From Helicobacter cetorum (GTDB taxonomy: Bacteria > Campylobacterota > Campylobacteria > Campylobacterales > UBA6016): a stretch of 64,000 nt of DNA. The notes under the pieces were generated by a model. It was given only the letters and a program-made list of their open reading frames with translations. It did not search any database and was not told the origin of the DNA. The translations under genes and the position numbers were made by a program. The stretch lies in assembly GCA_022729705.1 (NCBI GenBank), contig DZAX01000007.1, forward strand, positions 1,868 through 65,867. The letters are read 5' to 3'. Of this stretch, positions 1 through 8,833 are shown in pieces. Positions within the stretch are counted from its first letter, which is position 1. Every line of letters begins with the position of its first letter.

Positions 1-309
1 TTTGTACTTGGATTATCGTTTGCTCTTGGTTGGACGCCATGCGTAGGGCCAATTTTTGCGGCTATAGTGTTTAAAGCCGCACAAGAGCCGTCTACTTCTA
101 TTTGGCTTCTCGTCGTATATGCCGCCGGTCTTGCCGTGCCGTTTTTGCTTACGGCGATACTAACGGGCTTTATGTTGAAGTTTCTTGCGAAAATAAAAAG
201 ATACTTTAGGATTATAGAGATAGTCGCTGGTCTTTTTCTTGTTATTTTGGGAGTCGCTATCGCAACAGGTGGTATCGGCAAAATAACAGCGCTGTTTACC
301 GGAGGGTGA
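1..309 (+). CDS. ccdA: Cytochrome c biogenesis CcdA/DsbD-beta family protein (5' partial)
   Basis: Frame 1 from base 1 reads FVLGLSFALGWTPCVGPIF, the conserved WTPCxGP motif; hydrophobic C-terminus. Confidence 0.9.
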   Translation, partial: FVLGLSFALGWTPCVGPIFAAIVFKAAQEPSTSIWLLVVYAAGLAVPFLLTAILTGFMLKFLAKIKRYFRIIEIVAGLFLVILGVAIATGGIGKITALFTGG

Positions 310-310
310 G

Positions 311-520
311 ATGCTAAAAAAGAGCATGTTTTTGCTACTGTTTGCCATTTGCGCGTTTGGCGTGCAGATGAAAGAGGGTGCTTTTAAAAAAGACGAACTT
401 TTGATAAACGAGATAAACACTAAGTTTGTGGTGGTAGAGGTGAATAATTGGAATAAAAAATTTAGAGCTTTTGCAACTCCTACGTTTTATTTTTTGGATA
501 AAAATGAAAATAAGATTTAA
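311..520 (+). pseudogene. Remnant of an exported thioredoxin-fold (SoxW/DsbD-gamma-like) protein lacking the CxxC segment
   Basis: Signal peptide, INTKFVVVEV and ATPTFYFLDK cis-Pro loop motifs, no CxxC, only 69 aa, directly after ccdA. Confidence 0.55.
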
Positions 521-559
521 AAATCCTAAAAGACGCTCAGACAAGGAAGTAACAACTAC

Positions 560-1795
560 ATGCTTATCAAAAACGCCGTAATTTATGACAAAAAAACAGA
601 GGAAAAAGCGGATGTTCGGATAGAAAATGGGCGGATAAAAGAGATAGCCGCATATCTAAAAAAAGCGGAAAATGAGCCAACGATAGAGGCGGAGGGGCTT
701 TATCTGATGCCGGGAATTATAGATATAGGCGCAAGTATTGGCGAGGGTGTACAAGATATTTATAAAGCTTTAAAGAAACTATCTAATTTTGCCATCAAAG
801 GCGGCGTTACAACTGTTGCCGTTCAGCCGGATACGCCTATTAACACCGAAATCGGACTAGACTATTTTTTTTCAAAATCAAAAGAGCTCTCTCTTTGCTC
901 CCTAACCGCTATCGCATCCGCCACAGAAAACAACAATTGCGAAAAGTTAAACAATATGGCGATAATCTACAAAAACGGCGCAGTTGGTGCGTTTGCGCCG
1001 TCGTTTGCCAGCTCAAATGTGCTTGTTCGTTCTATGGAGTATGCAAAGATGTACGATAAGCCGCTTTTTGTGAGTTGCTCAAACAAAAGTCTTGATAAGG
1101 GGGCACTAATGCACGACGGCGCCGTGTCATTTTCGATGGGGCTTGGCGGTTTTAGCGTAGTCTCAGAGAGTAGCGAGATGGCAAAAGTCGTGGATATAGC
1201 CTCTTATATTGGCTCAAAGCTTGTGGTGCGGTCGCTTTCTAGCGAAAAGTCGGCGGCTATAGCAAGAGAGGCGAAAGAGCGATATAAAAACATATTTTTT
1301 GACGTCTCCTTGCACCATCTTGTTTTGACGGATGAGAGTTGCAGAGGCTACAATAGCTACGCAAAAAACTTTCCGCCGTTAAGAGAGGAGCGCGACAAAG
1401 AGTCTTTGGTTGCGGCGGTTTCTAGCGGTGTTATCGATGTGATAAGCTCCGGACACAGACCCGCCTCAAGGGTCGCCAAAGATGTATCGTTTGAAGAAGC
1501 GTCTTTTGGGATTGAGTCGTTGGAGTTTTTTGCGCCCGCACTATACGCATTGGCGCTAGAAAAAAATATTACCCTGTCAAAAATAAGCGAACTTACCAGT
1601 TTTAATCCCTCTCGCCTGCTTGGGCTTAACTCAAAAGGCTTAATAAAAGAGGGTTTTGACGCCGATATGTTTTTGTTTGACCCAAACGCCGCCACTGATT
1701 CGCCGCACGCCAACTCCCCATACGGGGCGGTCAAGCTAAAAGGTGTTGTCACGCATACCTTTAAAGACGGGGAGGTGAGATTTGTCGTTAGCTAA
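560..1795 (+). CDS. Dihydroorotase-like amidohydrolase, probably non-catalytic (PyrC'-type)
   Basis: MLIKNA...MPGIID, GGVTTV, PPLR, NPSRLLGL, GFDAD motifs; DxHxH replaced by DIGAS. Confidence 0.8.
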   Translation: MLIKNAVIYDKKTEEKADVRIENGRIKEIAAYLKKAENEPTIEAEGLYLMPGIIDIGASIGEGVQDIYKALKKLSNFAIKGGVTTVAVQPDTPINTEIGLDYFFSKSKELSLCSLTAIASATENNNCEKLNNMAIIYKNGAVGAFAPSFASSNVLVRSMEYAKMYDKPLFVSCSNKSLDKGALMHDGAVSFSMGLGGFSVVSESSEMAKVVDIASYIGSKLVVRSLSSEKSAAIAREAKERYKNIFFDVSLHHLVLTDESCRGYNSYAKNFPPLREERDKESLVAAVSSGVIDVISSGHRPASRVAKDVSFEEASFGIESLEFFAPALYALALEKNITLSKISELTSFNPSRLLGLNSKGLIKEGFDADMFLFDPNAATDSPHANSPYGAVKLKGVVTHTFKDGEVRFVVS

Positions 1796-2591
1796 CGGAG
1801 CTGAGAAGGGTTTGGCACTGATAGGTTCGCCGTTTGTATCGGCGTATAAAAATGTCGCCGTATTGGGCTCTTTTTGTCTTTTTAATATAAAACTTATCCC
1901 GATGGTTTTTCAAAGACCTTTTCGCGTAAAAGAGATTTTTTATGAGATAGAGCGTATAGGGGTCAATTCAGGCTCCATTATCATTTTGACCGCTGTGTTT
2001 ATGGGGCTTGTGCAAGCGATACAGATATATCAGGGTTTTCATAGATTTGGTATGGAAAATATGATGGGGTACACGATATTTTATGCGCTTGGCAAAGAGT
2101 TGGCGCCGGTTGTAGCCGCTTTGATGGTGACAAGTCGCGCCGTTAGCTCAATGGCGGCGGAGCTTGGCACAATGAGAGTAACCGAGCAGATAGACGCTAT
2201 TGATACTCTTGCGGTTGACTCCAAAAAATATCTTGTTATTCCAAAAATTATAGCCGCCACGCTCGCTCTGCCGATACTTACCGCCGTCTTTAACGTATGT
2301 GCCAACTTAGCCTCTTTTGCTATAGCCACAACGGCGCTAGACGTAAACCCAACGTCATATCTAACAACAATTAAGCAGTACGCCGAGTTTGGGGATTTTA
2401 TGACCGGACTTATAAAAGCGGGCGTATTTGGATTTTTGATAAGCTCGATAGGGGCGTATTGCGGCTACCACGCCTCAGGCGGCGCAAGAGGGGTTGGACA
2501 GGCTACGACCATAGCTGTTGTCGCCTCTTCTGTAACCATTCTTGTGGCTGATTACTTTTTAGCGTCTTTGCTTATAGCGCTTGGGTATTAA
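1782..2591 (+). CDS. mlaE: MlaE-family ABC transporter permease
   Basis: ELAPVVAALM...AAELGTMRVTEQIDA, GARGVGQATT motifs. Confidence 0.88.
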   Translation: MSLANGAEKGLALIGSPFVSAYKNVAVLGSFCLFNIKLIPMVFQRPFRVKEIFYEIERIGVNSGSIIILTAVFMGLVQAIQIYQGFHRFGMENMMGYTIFYALGKELAPVVAALMVTSRAVSSMAAELGTMRVTEQIDAIDTLAVDSKKYLVIPKIIAATLALPILTAVFNVCANLASFAIATTALDVNPTSYLTTIKQYAEFGDFMTGLIKAGVFGFLISSIGAYCGYHASGGARGVGQATTIAVVASSVTILVADYFLASLLIALGY

Positions 2592-3508
2592 TGATGAGTT
2601 CTTCTATTTTTGGTCCGGTGCTCTCTCGTAGATTTGGACTCTCTCTTGGCGTCGACCTCGCGGGGGAGGGGGTCAAAAAATGCAACTATGATTGTCTTTA
2701 TTGCGAGCTTCCAAAAGCTGTAAAAGTATCCACAATAGAGGGTGCCAAAGAGCCGCAAGAGATTGTAAAAGAAGTAAAAGCCGCCTTGGTGCGTCACCAT
2801 GATATAGACTTTATCACCATAACGGCAAACGGCGAACCTACGCTATATCCAAAGCTTGTTATGTTGGCGACGCTTATAAATCAAATAAAAGGTTCCAAAA
2901 AACTTCTTATCCTCTCAAACGGCTCAACAATTTGCGACCCCCAAACAAGAGAGGCTTTAGGGCTTTTTGATGTTGTTAAACTCTCTTTGGACTCAGCGCT
3001 GGACGCTAGTTTTAAAAAAATAGACAGACCTCTTGGCGTTAGCCCAAAAGAGCTGATAGCGTGCATGAAGAGCTTTAGGGATGAATTTGATAAAACGCTT
3101 GTACTGGAGACGCTTTTTGTAAAAAGCGTCAACGACTCCAAAGAGGATATAGAAGCTTTAAATTTGGCGTACAAAGAGATAAAACCAGACAGAATAGACC
3201 TAAGCACGATAGACCGTCCACCGGCGTACAATGTGGCAAAGATAACCGATGAAGAGCTAAGGGGGATAGCTGCGACGCTAGACGCTAATTTGATGGTAAG
3301 CGTTGCGAGTAGAAAAAATGAAACCTCCAAAACAAGGGCGTTTTCTAAAAAAGAGCTACTCTATATGTTAAAAAACCGTCCATTTAGCTCCTTTGATATA
3401 GAGGCGCTTTATGATGAAGGCTCAAAAGAGCTCTTCAAAGAGATGCTAAGGGATGGGCAAATTAAAGAGCAAGAGGTTGCCGGAACTAGATTTTATTGGA
3501 GTTTTTAA
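2591..3508 (+). CDS. Radical SAM protein
   Basis: IFGPVLSRRFGLSLGVDL, CNYDCLYC, GEPTLYP. Confidence 0.9.
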   Translation: MMSSSIFGPVLSRRFGLSLGVDLAGEGVKKCNYDCLYCELPKAVKVSTIEGAKEPQEIVKEVKAALVRHHDIDFITITANGEPTLYPKLVMLATLINQIKGSKKLLILSNGSTICDPQTREALGLFDVVKLSLDSALDASFKKIDRPLGVSPKELIACMKSFRDEFDKTLVLETLFVKSVNDSKEDIEALNLAYKEIKPDRIDLSTIDRPPAYNVAKITDEELRGIAATLDANLMVSVASRKNETSKTRAFSKKELLYMLKNRPFSSFDIEALYDEGSKELFKEMLRDGQIKEQEVAGTRFYWSF

Positions 3509-4094
3509 CGATTGCAATACCCATGTTTTCAAAGTTTTTTACTATAAATTCTAATTTTGCAATCCATCCGGCTTGGAAAGCTGATATATCCCCTTGTTTT
3601 TTAAAACCCTGCAGTGCGACTCCTATATCCGGCGTAGCTATTTTTTGTATCGGCGCAAAATTAAAATCCAAGGTTACGCACTCTTTTGTGTCATTTCTGC
3701 AAAAAGAGGCAAATTCTGTGATTTTTGCTCCAAACTCAAGCCTATTTGATCTATCAAACAACCCGCCTATGCCGCCAAAGCCGCCCTCGTCGCCAGCGCC
3801 AAAAATCGCTCCGAATACAAGCGCAAAAACTCCGGTAGTTCCTACTTCTTTATTATCCCTTAGGGAGACTTGAATCTCTCCTCTTACAGGCTCTGATGCG
3901 CCGTAAAGAGCTTTGGCGACGGCAAGTGAAGACAAATATGCCGTAAGGACGGTAGGGCAGGCGTGACCCGTTAGTTTTGCAATATACTCAAAATCATACT
4001 CTATAACGCCACCTTCAAAACTACCTAAAAACTCAGATAACGGATCAATACACTTGATTTTTGGCGCTTTTTCGCTTATATGTCTTATGTTCAT
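3486..4094 (-). CDS. FmdE-like protein
   Basis: GHACP motif (HxCP) and GFGGIGGLFDRSNRL. Confidence 0.6.
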   Translation of the reverse strand: MNIRHISEKAPKIKCIDPLSEFLGSFEGGVIEYDFEYIAKLTGHACPTVLTAYLSSLAVAKALYGASEPVRGEIQVSLRDNKEVGTTGVFALVFGAIFGAGDEGGFGGIGGLFDRSNRLEFGAKITEFASFCRNDTKECVTLDFNFAPIQKIATPDIGVALQGFKKQGDISAFQAGWIAKLEFIVKNFENMGIAIVKNSNKI

Positions 4095-4202
4095 CGATAA
4101 AAATCCTTTTTTGAGTATATTGTATAGTTTATTGGCGACTTAATAAATGATTTATGTCAAGAGTATTATAATATCAGCTTTAAATAATAAAAGGGGAAAC
4201 TT

Positions 4203-4733
4203 ATGAGAATATTTTCTGCATTCGCATTGTTTGGCGTTTCTATCGCCGTATTTGGAGCGGATATAGATGTGCAAAAACAAAAAATGGTTGCTTTGGAGTT
4301 AAAAAAGAGTCTTGCGATGGAGCTGATTGTAAGGACAGAAAAAGATCCTTCCGCCGCCGTTCTGTTTTGCGCCAAAAACGCCACTAGGATTACAAAAGAG
4401 ATTGGGCAAAAACATAGCGTTATCATTAAAAGAGTTTCTGAAAAAAACAGAAACCCTCAGAATATACCAGATGCAGACGATCAGAAAATTATAAATGAGT
4501 TTAAGACTCTATTGGAGCAAAATAAAAAAACGCCGGAGTATTTGGTTGTAAAAAATGGCGACGCAACAAAATATTATGAGCCTATTTATACCAACCAGCT
4601 TTGTGCGGCATGCCACGGCATGGAGGATGAAATAGCCAAAGAAACTAAAGAGCAAATTAAAAAACTATATCCAAACGACAAAGCCGTCGGCTATAAAGCG
4701 GGTGAATTACGAGGATTGATGGTGGTTTGGTAA
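4203..4733 (+). CDS. Exported monohaem c protein, Tll0287/DUF3365 family
   Basis: Signal peptide, KRVSEKNRNPQN, CAACH, YPNDKAVGYKAGELRG. Confidence 0.85.
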   Translation: MRIFSAFALFGVSIAVFGADIDVQKQKMVALELKKSLAMELIVRTEKDPSAAVLFCAKNATRITKEIGQKHSVIIKRVSEKNRNPQNIPDADDQKIINEFKTLLEQNKKTPEYLVVKNGDATKYYEPIYTNQLCAACHGMEDEIAKETKEQIKKLYPNDKAVGYKAGELRGLMVVW

Positions 4734-4759
4734 TTTTTTAAGAGTTTTTGCAAAAACCC

Positions 4760-4788
4760 TTGACAAAGTTTGAAAAGTCGTATATAAT
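4760..4788 (+). promoter_or_regulatory. Consensus sigma70 promoter of the tRNA cluster
   Basis: TTGACA (4760-4765), 17-nt spacer, TATAAT (4783-4788), about 35 nt upstream of tRNA-Asn. Confidence 0.85.
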
Positions 4789-4823
4789 CTCACTTCCGTT
4801 TTGGCGTCATCGTCAAAAGAGAT

Positions 4824-4898
4824 TCCGGATTAGCTCAGCGGTAGAGTAGGTGACTGTTAATCACTTGGTCGCAGGTTCGAATCCTGCATCCGGAGCCA
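4824..4898 (+). tRNA. tRNA-Asn(GTT)
   Basis: Cloverleaf, anticodon loop CT-GTT-AA, GGTTCGAATCC T-arm, CCA. Confidence 0.97.
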
Positions 4899-4918
4899 CG
4901 AAAAAAATGGAGCAATAT

Positions 4919-4993
4919 GCGGGAGTAGCTCAGTGGTAGAGCACGACCTTGCCAAGGTCGGGGCCGCGGGTTCGACCCCCGTCTCCCGCTCCA
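4919..4993 (+). tRNA. tRNA-Gly(GCC)
   Basis: GCGGGAG acceptor, loop TT-GCC-AA, CCA. Confidence 0.97.
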
Positions 4994-5013
4994 CTCGTTT
5001 CGAATGTAGTAAT

Positions 5014-5100
5014 GCGAGTGTGGTGGAATAGGTAGACACAAGAGACTTAAAATCTCTCGGACTTTTGTCCGTGCCGGTTCAATTCCGGCCATTCGCACCA
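5014..5100 (+). tRNA. tRNA-Leu(TAA)
   Basis: Loop CT-TAA-AA, long variable arm, CCA. Confidence 0.96.
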
Positions 5101-5144
5101 CAGCGTTTGATAATTTCAGCTTCTTATACTTTTTATAATATGTC

Positions 5145-5218
5145 GGCGATATAGCCAAGTGGTAAGGCAGGAGCCTGCAAAGCTCCCATCCCCGGTTCAA
5201 ATCCGGGTGTCGCCTCCA
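5145..5218 (+). tRNA. tRNA-Cys(GCA)
   Basis: Loop CT-GCA-AA, U73 discriminator, CCA. Confidence 0.96.
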
Positions 5219-5237
5219 TTTTTTTTATTTATACTAC

Positions 5238-5328
5238 GGAGAGATGGCAGAGCGGTTGAATGCAACGGTCTTGAAAACCGTCGAGGGTGATGAGCCCTTC
5301 GGGAGTTCGAATCTCCCTCTCTCCGCCA
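5238..5328 (+). tRNA. tRNA-Ser(TGA)
   Basis: GGAGAGA acceptor, loop CT-TGA-AA, long variable arm, CCA. Confidence 0.96.
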
Positions 5329-5349
5329 CAACCAATCACTCCCTTTGCT

Positions 5350-5512
5350 TGCTTAGTCCCCCCAATTTTTAGTTTCTTCTGATGATTGAACCCTCTAATT
5401 GAAGATGAAATTCTAAGAGCGGCAAGCCGCGAGAGCCGTCTACTGAAGATCTCATTTTGGGCTTTGCGCAAAATGTGAGAATTAATAGACCTGAAGAATG
5501 AGGGACTAAACG
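5350..5512 (-). mobile_element. Collapsed IS481-family remnant (both ends) with a family-B repeat inside
   Basis: GCTTAGTCCC at the left and GGGACTAAAC at the right are inverted; minus strand encodes NHQKKLK as in the larger IS481 fragments at 23082 and 50807. Confidence 0.55.
5386..5486 (+). repeat. Family-B hairpin repeat copy B1
   Basis: TTGAACCCTCT...GAGCGGCAAGCCGCGAGAGCC...CTCATTTTGGGCTTTGCGCAAAATGTGAGAATT. Confidence 0.85.
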
Positions 5513-5513
5513 C

Positions 5514-6155
5514 TTACCCCATCTTGATTTGATAAACCGTATTCTTAATCTTTCTTACAAGCCCCACCTCAATAAGTTGCTTAAAAGTAGACACAACGGT
5601 CGGCTTGCTGATGTTTAGCACCGCCATGATGTCCTCGTATGAGCCTCTATATACGCCATCTTCGTCGGCTTTTGTGTATAAGTGTTTTATTATCTCTATT
5701 TTTTTACCTCCGACAAATGTGTTGATGGCGCCTAGGAGCTTATCTCTTAGTTTTAACTCTTCGTCTTTTTGTTTTACCAGTATCGATTTTTGTATCAACT
5801 CTATCATGTCTTTGACGACTATCGGCTTTAGCAGGTATCCGTCCACTCTTAGCTTGATGGCCTCTAGTAGATACGCTGTTTCAGAGTATGCCGTGGTTAT
5901 GATGATGGTGCCTGGTTGCGTATGTTTTTTTCGTATCTCCCTGATAAGCTCTACTCCCCCTACTAGCGGCATCAGTATATCCGTAATCAAAATATCTATC
6001 TTCTCTTCTTCTAATATTTTTAGAGCCACTTCGCCGTTTTTTGCCGCAAATAGGACATCTGTAAAGTCCTCTAAAGCTATCTTCATCTGCTCCAATATCT
6101 GCGGTTCGTCCTCCACTATCAAAACACTAAGTTTTTTTATATCAAGAAATGCCAT
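5514..6155 (-). CDS. Response regulator with C-terminal HTH
   Basis: VLIVEDE, ITDILMP, TTAY, YLLKP; C-terminal ISKPTVVSTFKQL HTH. Confidence 0.92.
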   Translation of the reverse strand: MAFLDIKKLSVLIVEDEPQILEQMKIALEDFTDVLFAAKNGEVALKILEEEKIDILITDILMPLVGGVELIREIRKKHTQPGTIIITTAYSETAYLLEAIKLRVDGYLLKPIVVKDMIELIQKSILVKQKDEELKLRDKLLGAINTFVGGKKIEIIKHLYTKADEDGVYRGSYEDIMAVLNISKPTVVSTFKQLIEVGLVRKIKNTVYQIKMG

Positions 6156-7710
6156 CTCTCTCCTTTCGTAACGGAATAATTATTTTAAACATTGCGCAAT
6201 TATATCGATTATTATCAAATGTTAGCCTAATATTTTTAGCGCATGTAGAGCCCTCAAACTGCTCTTGTATGATTTTTTTACTCATATAAAGCCCTATACC
6301 CGTTCCACTTGTTTGGTGTTTGGTGGTAAAGTACGGCTCAAAAAGCCTTTTTAGAGCCGCATGGTTAATACCGCCGCCGTTGTCTATCGCTCTTAGTATC
6401 ACGCGACGCTCGCCGTTTACCTCCTTTTGGGAGAGTTTTAGATAGATTCTTCTATCCGCCGCGTCGCTTGTGCCCAGAGCGTCTATGGAGTTGTTCAAAA
6501 GATTTATCAAAACCTGCACAAAACTGTTTTTGGAGCCGATAACACACAAATTCTCATCGCATACTACGCAAATTTTTATCTCGGCTCTATTCATAGCCCC
6601 CTCAATCAAAAAAATAGCGTCGTCTACCGCTTTTTTGAGACTAAAACTAACAAACTCTTTATCGGGCTTAAAGTAGTTTCTAAACTCTTCTATTGTGTCA
6701 GACATATTTTTGGATAGAGCCAACCCCTCAATCGTCTGCTTGGATATAAACTCCGGCGTAAGTTTGCCAGCCATACTCTTTATCTCAAAGTTTTGAATGA
6801 GCATGGTTAGTGCGTTTAGCGGTTGTCTCCACTGGTGAGCGATATTTGCTATCATCTCCCCCATTGAGGCTAGTTTTGTTTGACGATGTAGTAGCTCGTC
6901 TTTTAGTCTGCTCTTTTTTATCTCCTCGCATATGCGGATTTCTAGCGATTTATTTAGCTCTACATTTTTTAAAATCAGATACGCCAGAGCGGCCAAAACA
7001 AGAAGCACGAACAGCGCAAGCCCAAAGACAATCCATACGGCAAGCCCAAACAGTGCGTCCGCTTTCTCTTTTTCAAGCAGAGCTTTTTGCAGATGGTAGC
7101 CGATTAGCTGCTCCAAATATATATTTGTGGAGTCGATAATTGAAAAAAGAGAGTTTTTTATTAGCTCCTCGGCTTTTGCTCTATCTCCTTTTTTATAAAG
7201 AGCGGTTGTACGCCCAAGCTCTACTATTAGTTTTTCTATATTCAAAGAGGCTTTGTCTTGTATCTCTTTTTCGTCCATAACTATAGAGTTTGGCGTTTGC
7301 GCCGAGGTTATGGAGAGGATAAGCGTGTTTATATAGTCAAAAAAGTTGTTTTTTTGCCGCCCAGTTTTGGAGGTGACATATTCAAGCCAGCTATGCTCCA
7401 TATTCTTTTGCAAAACGTCCAAAGCTTCATATGAGTCCTCTATCTGTGTGTCGCTATCTAGCACGTTGCGATAGGCGTTTAGGATGTTTAGCGTGTGAAC
7501 GTCTTTGATTGCTTGAAGCTTTGATATTGATATTGTCCGCATATAAAACGTGTCGTCAAAGCTGTTTTTTATTCCAAATAGCATAAGCCCTGATATTACG
7601 CCGATTAGCAGCATGCCGATGATGGTAGCGGAGAGCAAAATCTTCGCTTTCGCACCTACGGATAGATTGAGCAGGTAGTGGATTAGAGCCTCTAATTTTT
7701 TATTTGACAA
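6142..7710 (-). CDS. Sensor histidine kinase with periplasmic helical domain
   Basis: Two TM segments, H-box IAHQWRQPL, NLLNNSIDA, DNGGGI, GTGIGL. Confidence 0.93.
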   Translation of the reverse strand: MSNKKLEALIHYLLNLSVGAKAKILLSATIIGMLLIGVISGLMLFGIKNSFDDTFYMRTISISKLQAIKDVHTLNILNAYRNVLDSDTQIEDSYEALDVLQKNMEHSWLEYVTSKTGRQKNNFFDYINTLILSITSAQTPNSIVMDEKEIQDKASLNIEKLIVELGRTTALYKKGDRAKAEELIKNSLFSIIDSTNIYLEQLIGYHLQKALLEKEKADALFGLAVWIVFGLALFVLLVLAALAYLILKNVELNKSLEIRICEEIKKSRLKDELLHRQTKLASMGEMIANIAHQWRQPLNALTMLIQNFEIKSMAGKLTPEFISKQTIEGLALSKNMSDTIEEFRNYFKPDKEFVSFSLKKAVDDAIFLIEGAMNRAEIKICVVCDENLCVIGSKNSFVQVLINLLNNSIDALGTSDAADRRIYLKLSQKEVNGERRVILRAIDNGGGINHAALKRLFEPYFTTKHQTSGTGIGLYMSKKIIQEQFEGSTCAKNIRLTFDNNRYNCAMFKIIIPLRKERDGIS

Positions 7711-7930
7711 GTTGCACGCCCTCTTTGTTAAATCTCAAAAGATACACCTCTTTTATGCCCGTGTAATCTGTGTTTGTGTAGTTCAAAGTCGCATCTTCTG
7801 TTGATTTTATCTACAATCACCGCTTTTAAGAGCCGCCACAACCACTTTTGCCGCCAAAAAAACCTTCAAAAGCGACGGAGTTTGGCTTTTCATATGGGTA
7901 GTATTCGGCGTAAATCTTTTTGAACTCCTC
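7700..7930 (-). pseudogene. Frameshifted C-terminal remnant of an ABC substrate-binding protein (branched-chain/Peripla_BP_6-like)
   Basis: EEFKKIYAEYYPYEKPNSVAFEG/FLAAKVVVAALK (frameshift in T7 run) and LNYTNTDYTGIKEVYLLRF; stop overlaps the kinase start. Confidence 0.6.
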
Positions 7931-7931
7931 T

Positions 7932-7982
7932 TACTATGAAACTATAGAAGAGCTTAAAAAACACCTGATGAGTTATTTGTTG
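7932..7982 (+). mobile_element. IS481-family transposase fragment
   Basis: Encodes YYETIEELKKHLMSYLL, matching the remnants near 23218 and 50943. Confidence 0.7.
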
Positions 7983-8101
7983 AAAATTTTGATTGAATTT
8001 TGAGTATAAATTAGTTTTTGTAGAACTAATCGCAAAAACCGACACTGGTAAGAAGTAAAGAACGAGTATCGTATATTAGCCCTCTTTTTTTAAAACCTTA
8101 G

Positions 8102-8110
8102 TGCTATAAT
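8102..8110 (+). promoter_or_regulatory. Extended -10 promoter of the DUF2018-ispB-hemA operon
   Basis: TGCTATAAT 30 nt upstream of ATG 8140. Confidence 0.7.
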
Positions 8111-8139
8111 CCCATTCAAACTAACAATAGGCGTTTTTT

Positions 8140-8412
8140 ATGCAAAACTTTGACATCGACGATATGTTATTTGGCGGCACACCGCTTACAAAGCTAATCG
8201 ACATAATAGGCAACGCCAACAAAAGCATAGTAGAGGCGGAGTTGGAGAAGTTTTTATCTAGGGTCGCCGTTATGGAGACGCTATTGGAGCAAAAAGGCGT
8301 AGATGAAAAAGAGATACGCTCTTTTGGATACGAAAACCAAGACGCCATAAAAAACCAAGTGAACTCGTTGGCGCTTGGTATAACGGCGGATATACTTACG
8401 CAAAATGAGTAA
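8140..8412 (+). CDS. DUF2018-family protein
   Basis: FGGTPLTK...ANKSIVEAELEK...ILTQNE; conserved Campylobacterota position upstream of ispB. Confidence 0.75.
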   Translation: MQNFDIDDMLFGGTPLTKLIDIIGNANKSIVEAELEKFLSRVAVMETLLEQKGVDEKEIRSFGYENQDAIKNQVNSLALGITADILTQNE

Positions 8413-8833
8413 GTTTTTTTTATGGCTCTCACTTCTTTTTTTGCCGCTAATGGCGGAGGAGGGCGGAGTAGTGAGCTGGAGCTACAACGACGAGATCGAG
8501 CTAAGAAAAGACCAAGTCGCACGTTATCAAATATCTGTTGACGACAAGCTACTGATACTTGATTTTCGTTGGACGCTCTATGTCAACAAAGGGCTTGTTA
8601 TGCTCTACAAACTTGATAAGTTCCCATATCAAAACGTAATGTATAAAAACCATAAACTAGATAGATTCAAGCTAAAACTCAAAAATAGAGCCGCAAACGC
8701 ATACGAAGAGCCGTACGCCGTCATTGTGTTTAAAGATTTTGACAATAAGACAAAAAAGGCTACGTTTACAATTTTATTAAAAGACGACTATAGATCCGTT
8801 CAAGCGGAGAGAGTTTTGCCAAGGACAGATTAA
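8405..8833 (+). CDS. Exported hypothetical protein (Cj0540-like)
   Basis: Signal peptide, FRWTLY motif, synteny with ispB. Confidence 0.7.
   Translation: MSKFFLWLSLLFLPLMAEEGGVVSWSYNDEIELRKDQVARYQISVDDKLLILDFRWTLYVNKGLVMLYKLDKFPYQNVMYKNHKLDRFKLKLKNRAANAYEEPYAVIVFKDFDNKTKKATFTILLKDDYRSVQAERVLPRTD

Noticed and set aside
4835-5471. Minus-strand ORFs 4835-5200, 4857-5039 and 5229-5471 (also plus-strand 27573-27761)
   Set aside because: They are antisense shadows of tRNA genes and repeats.
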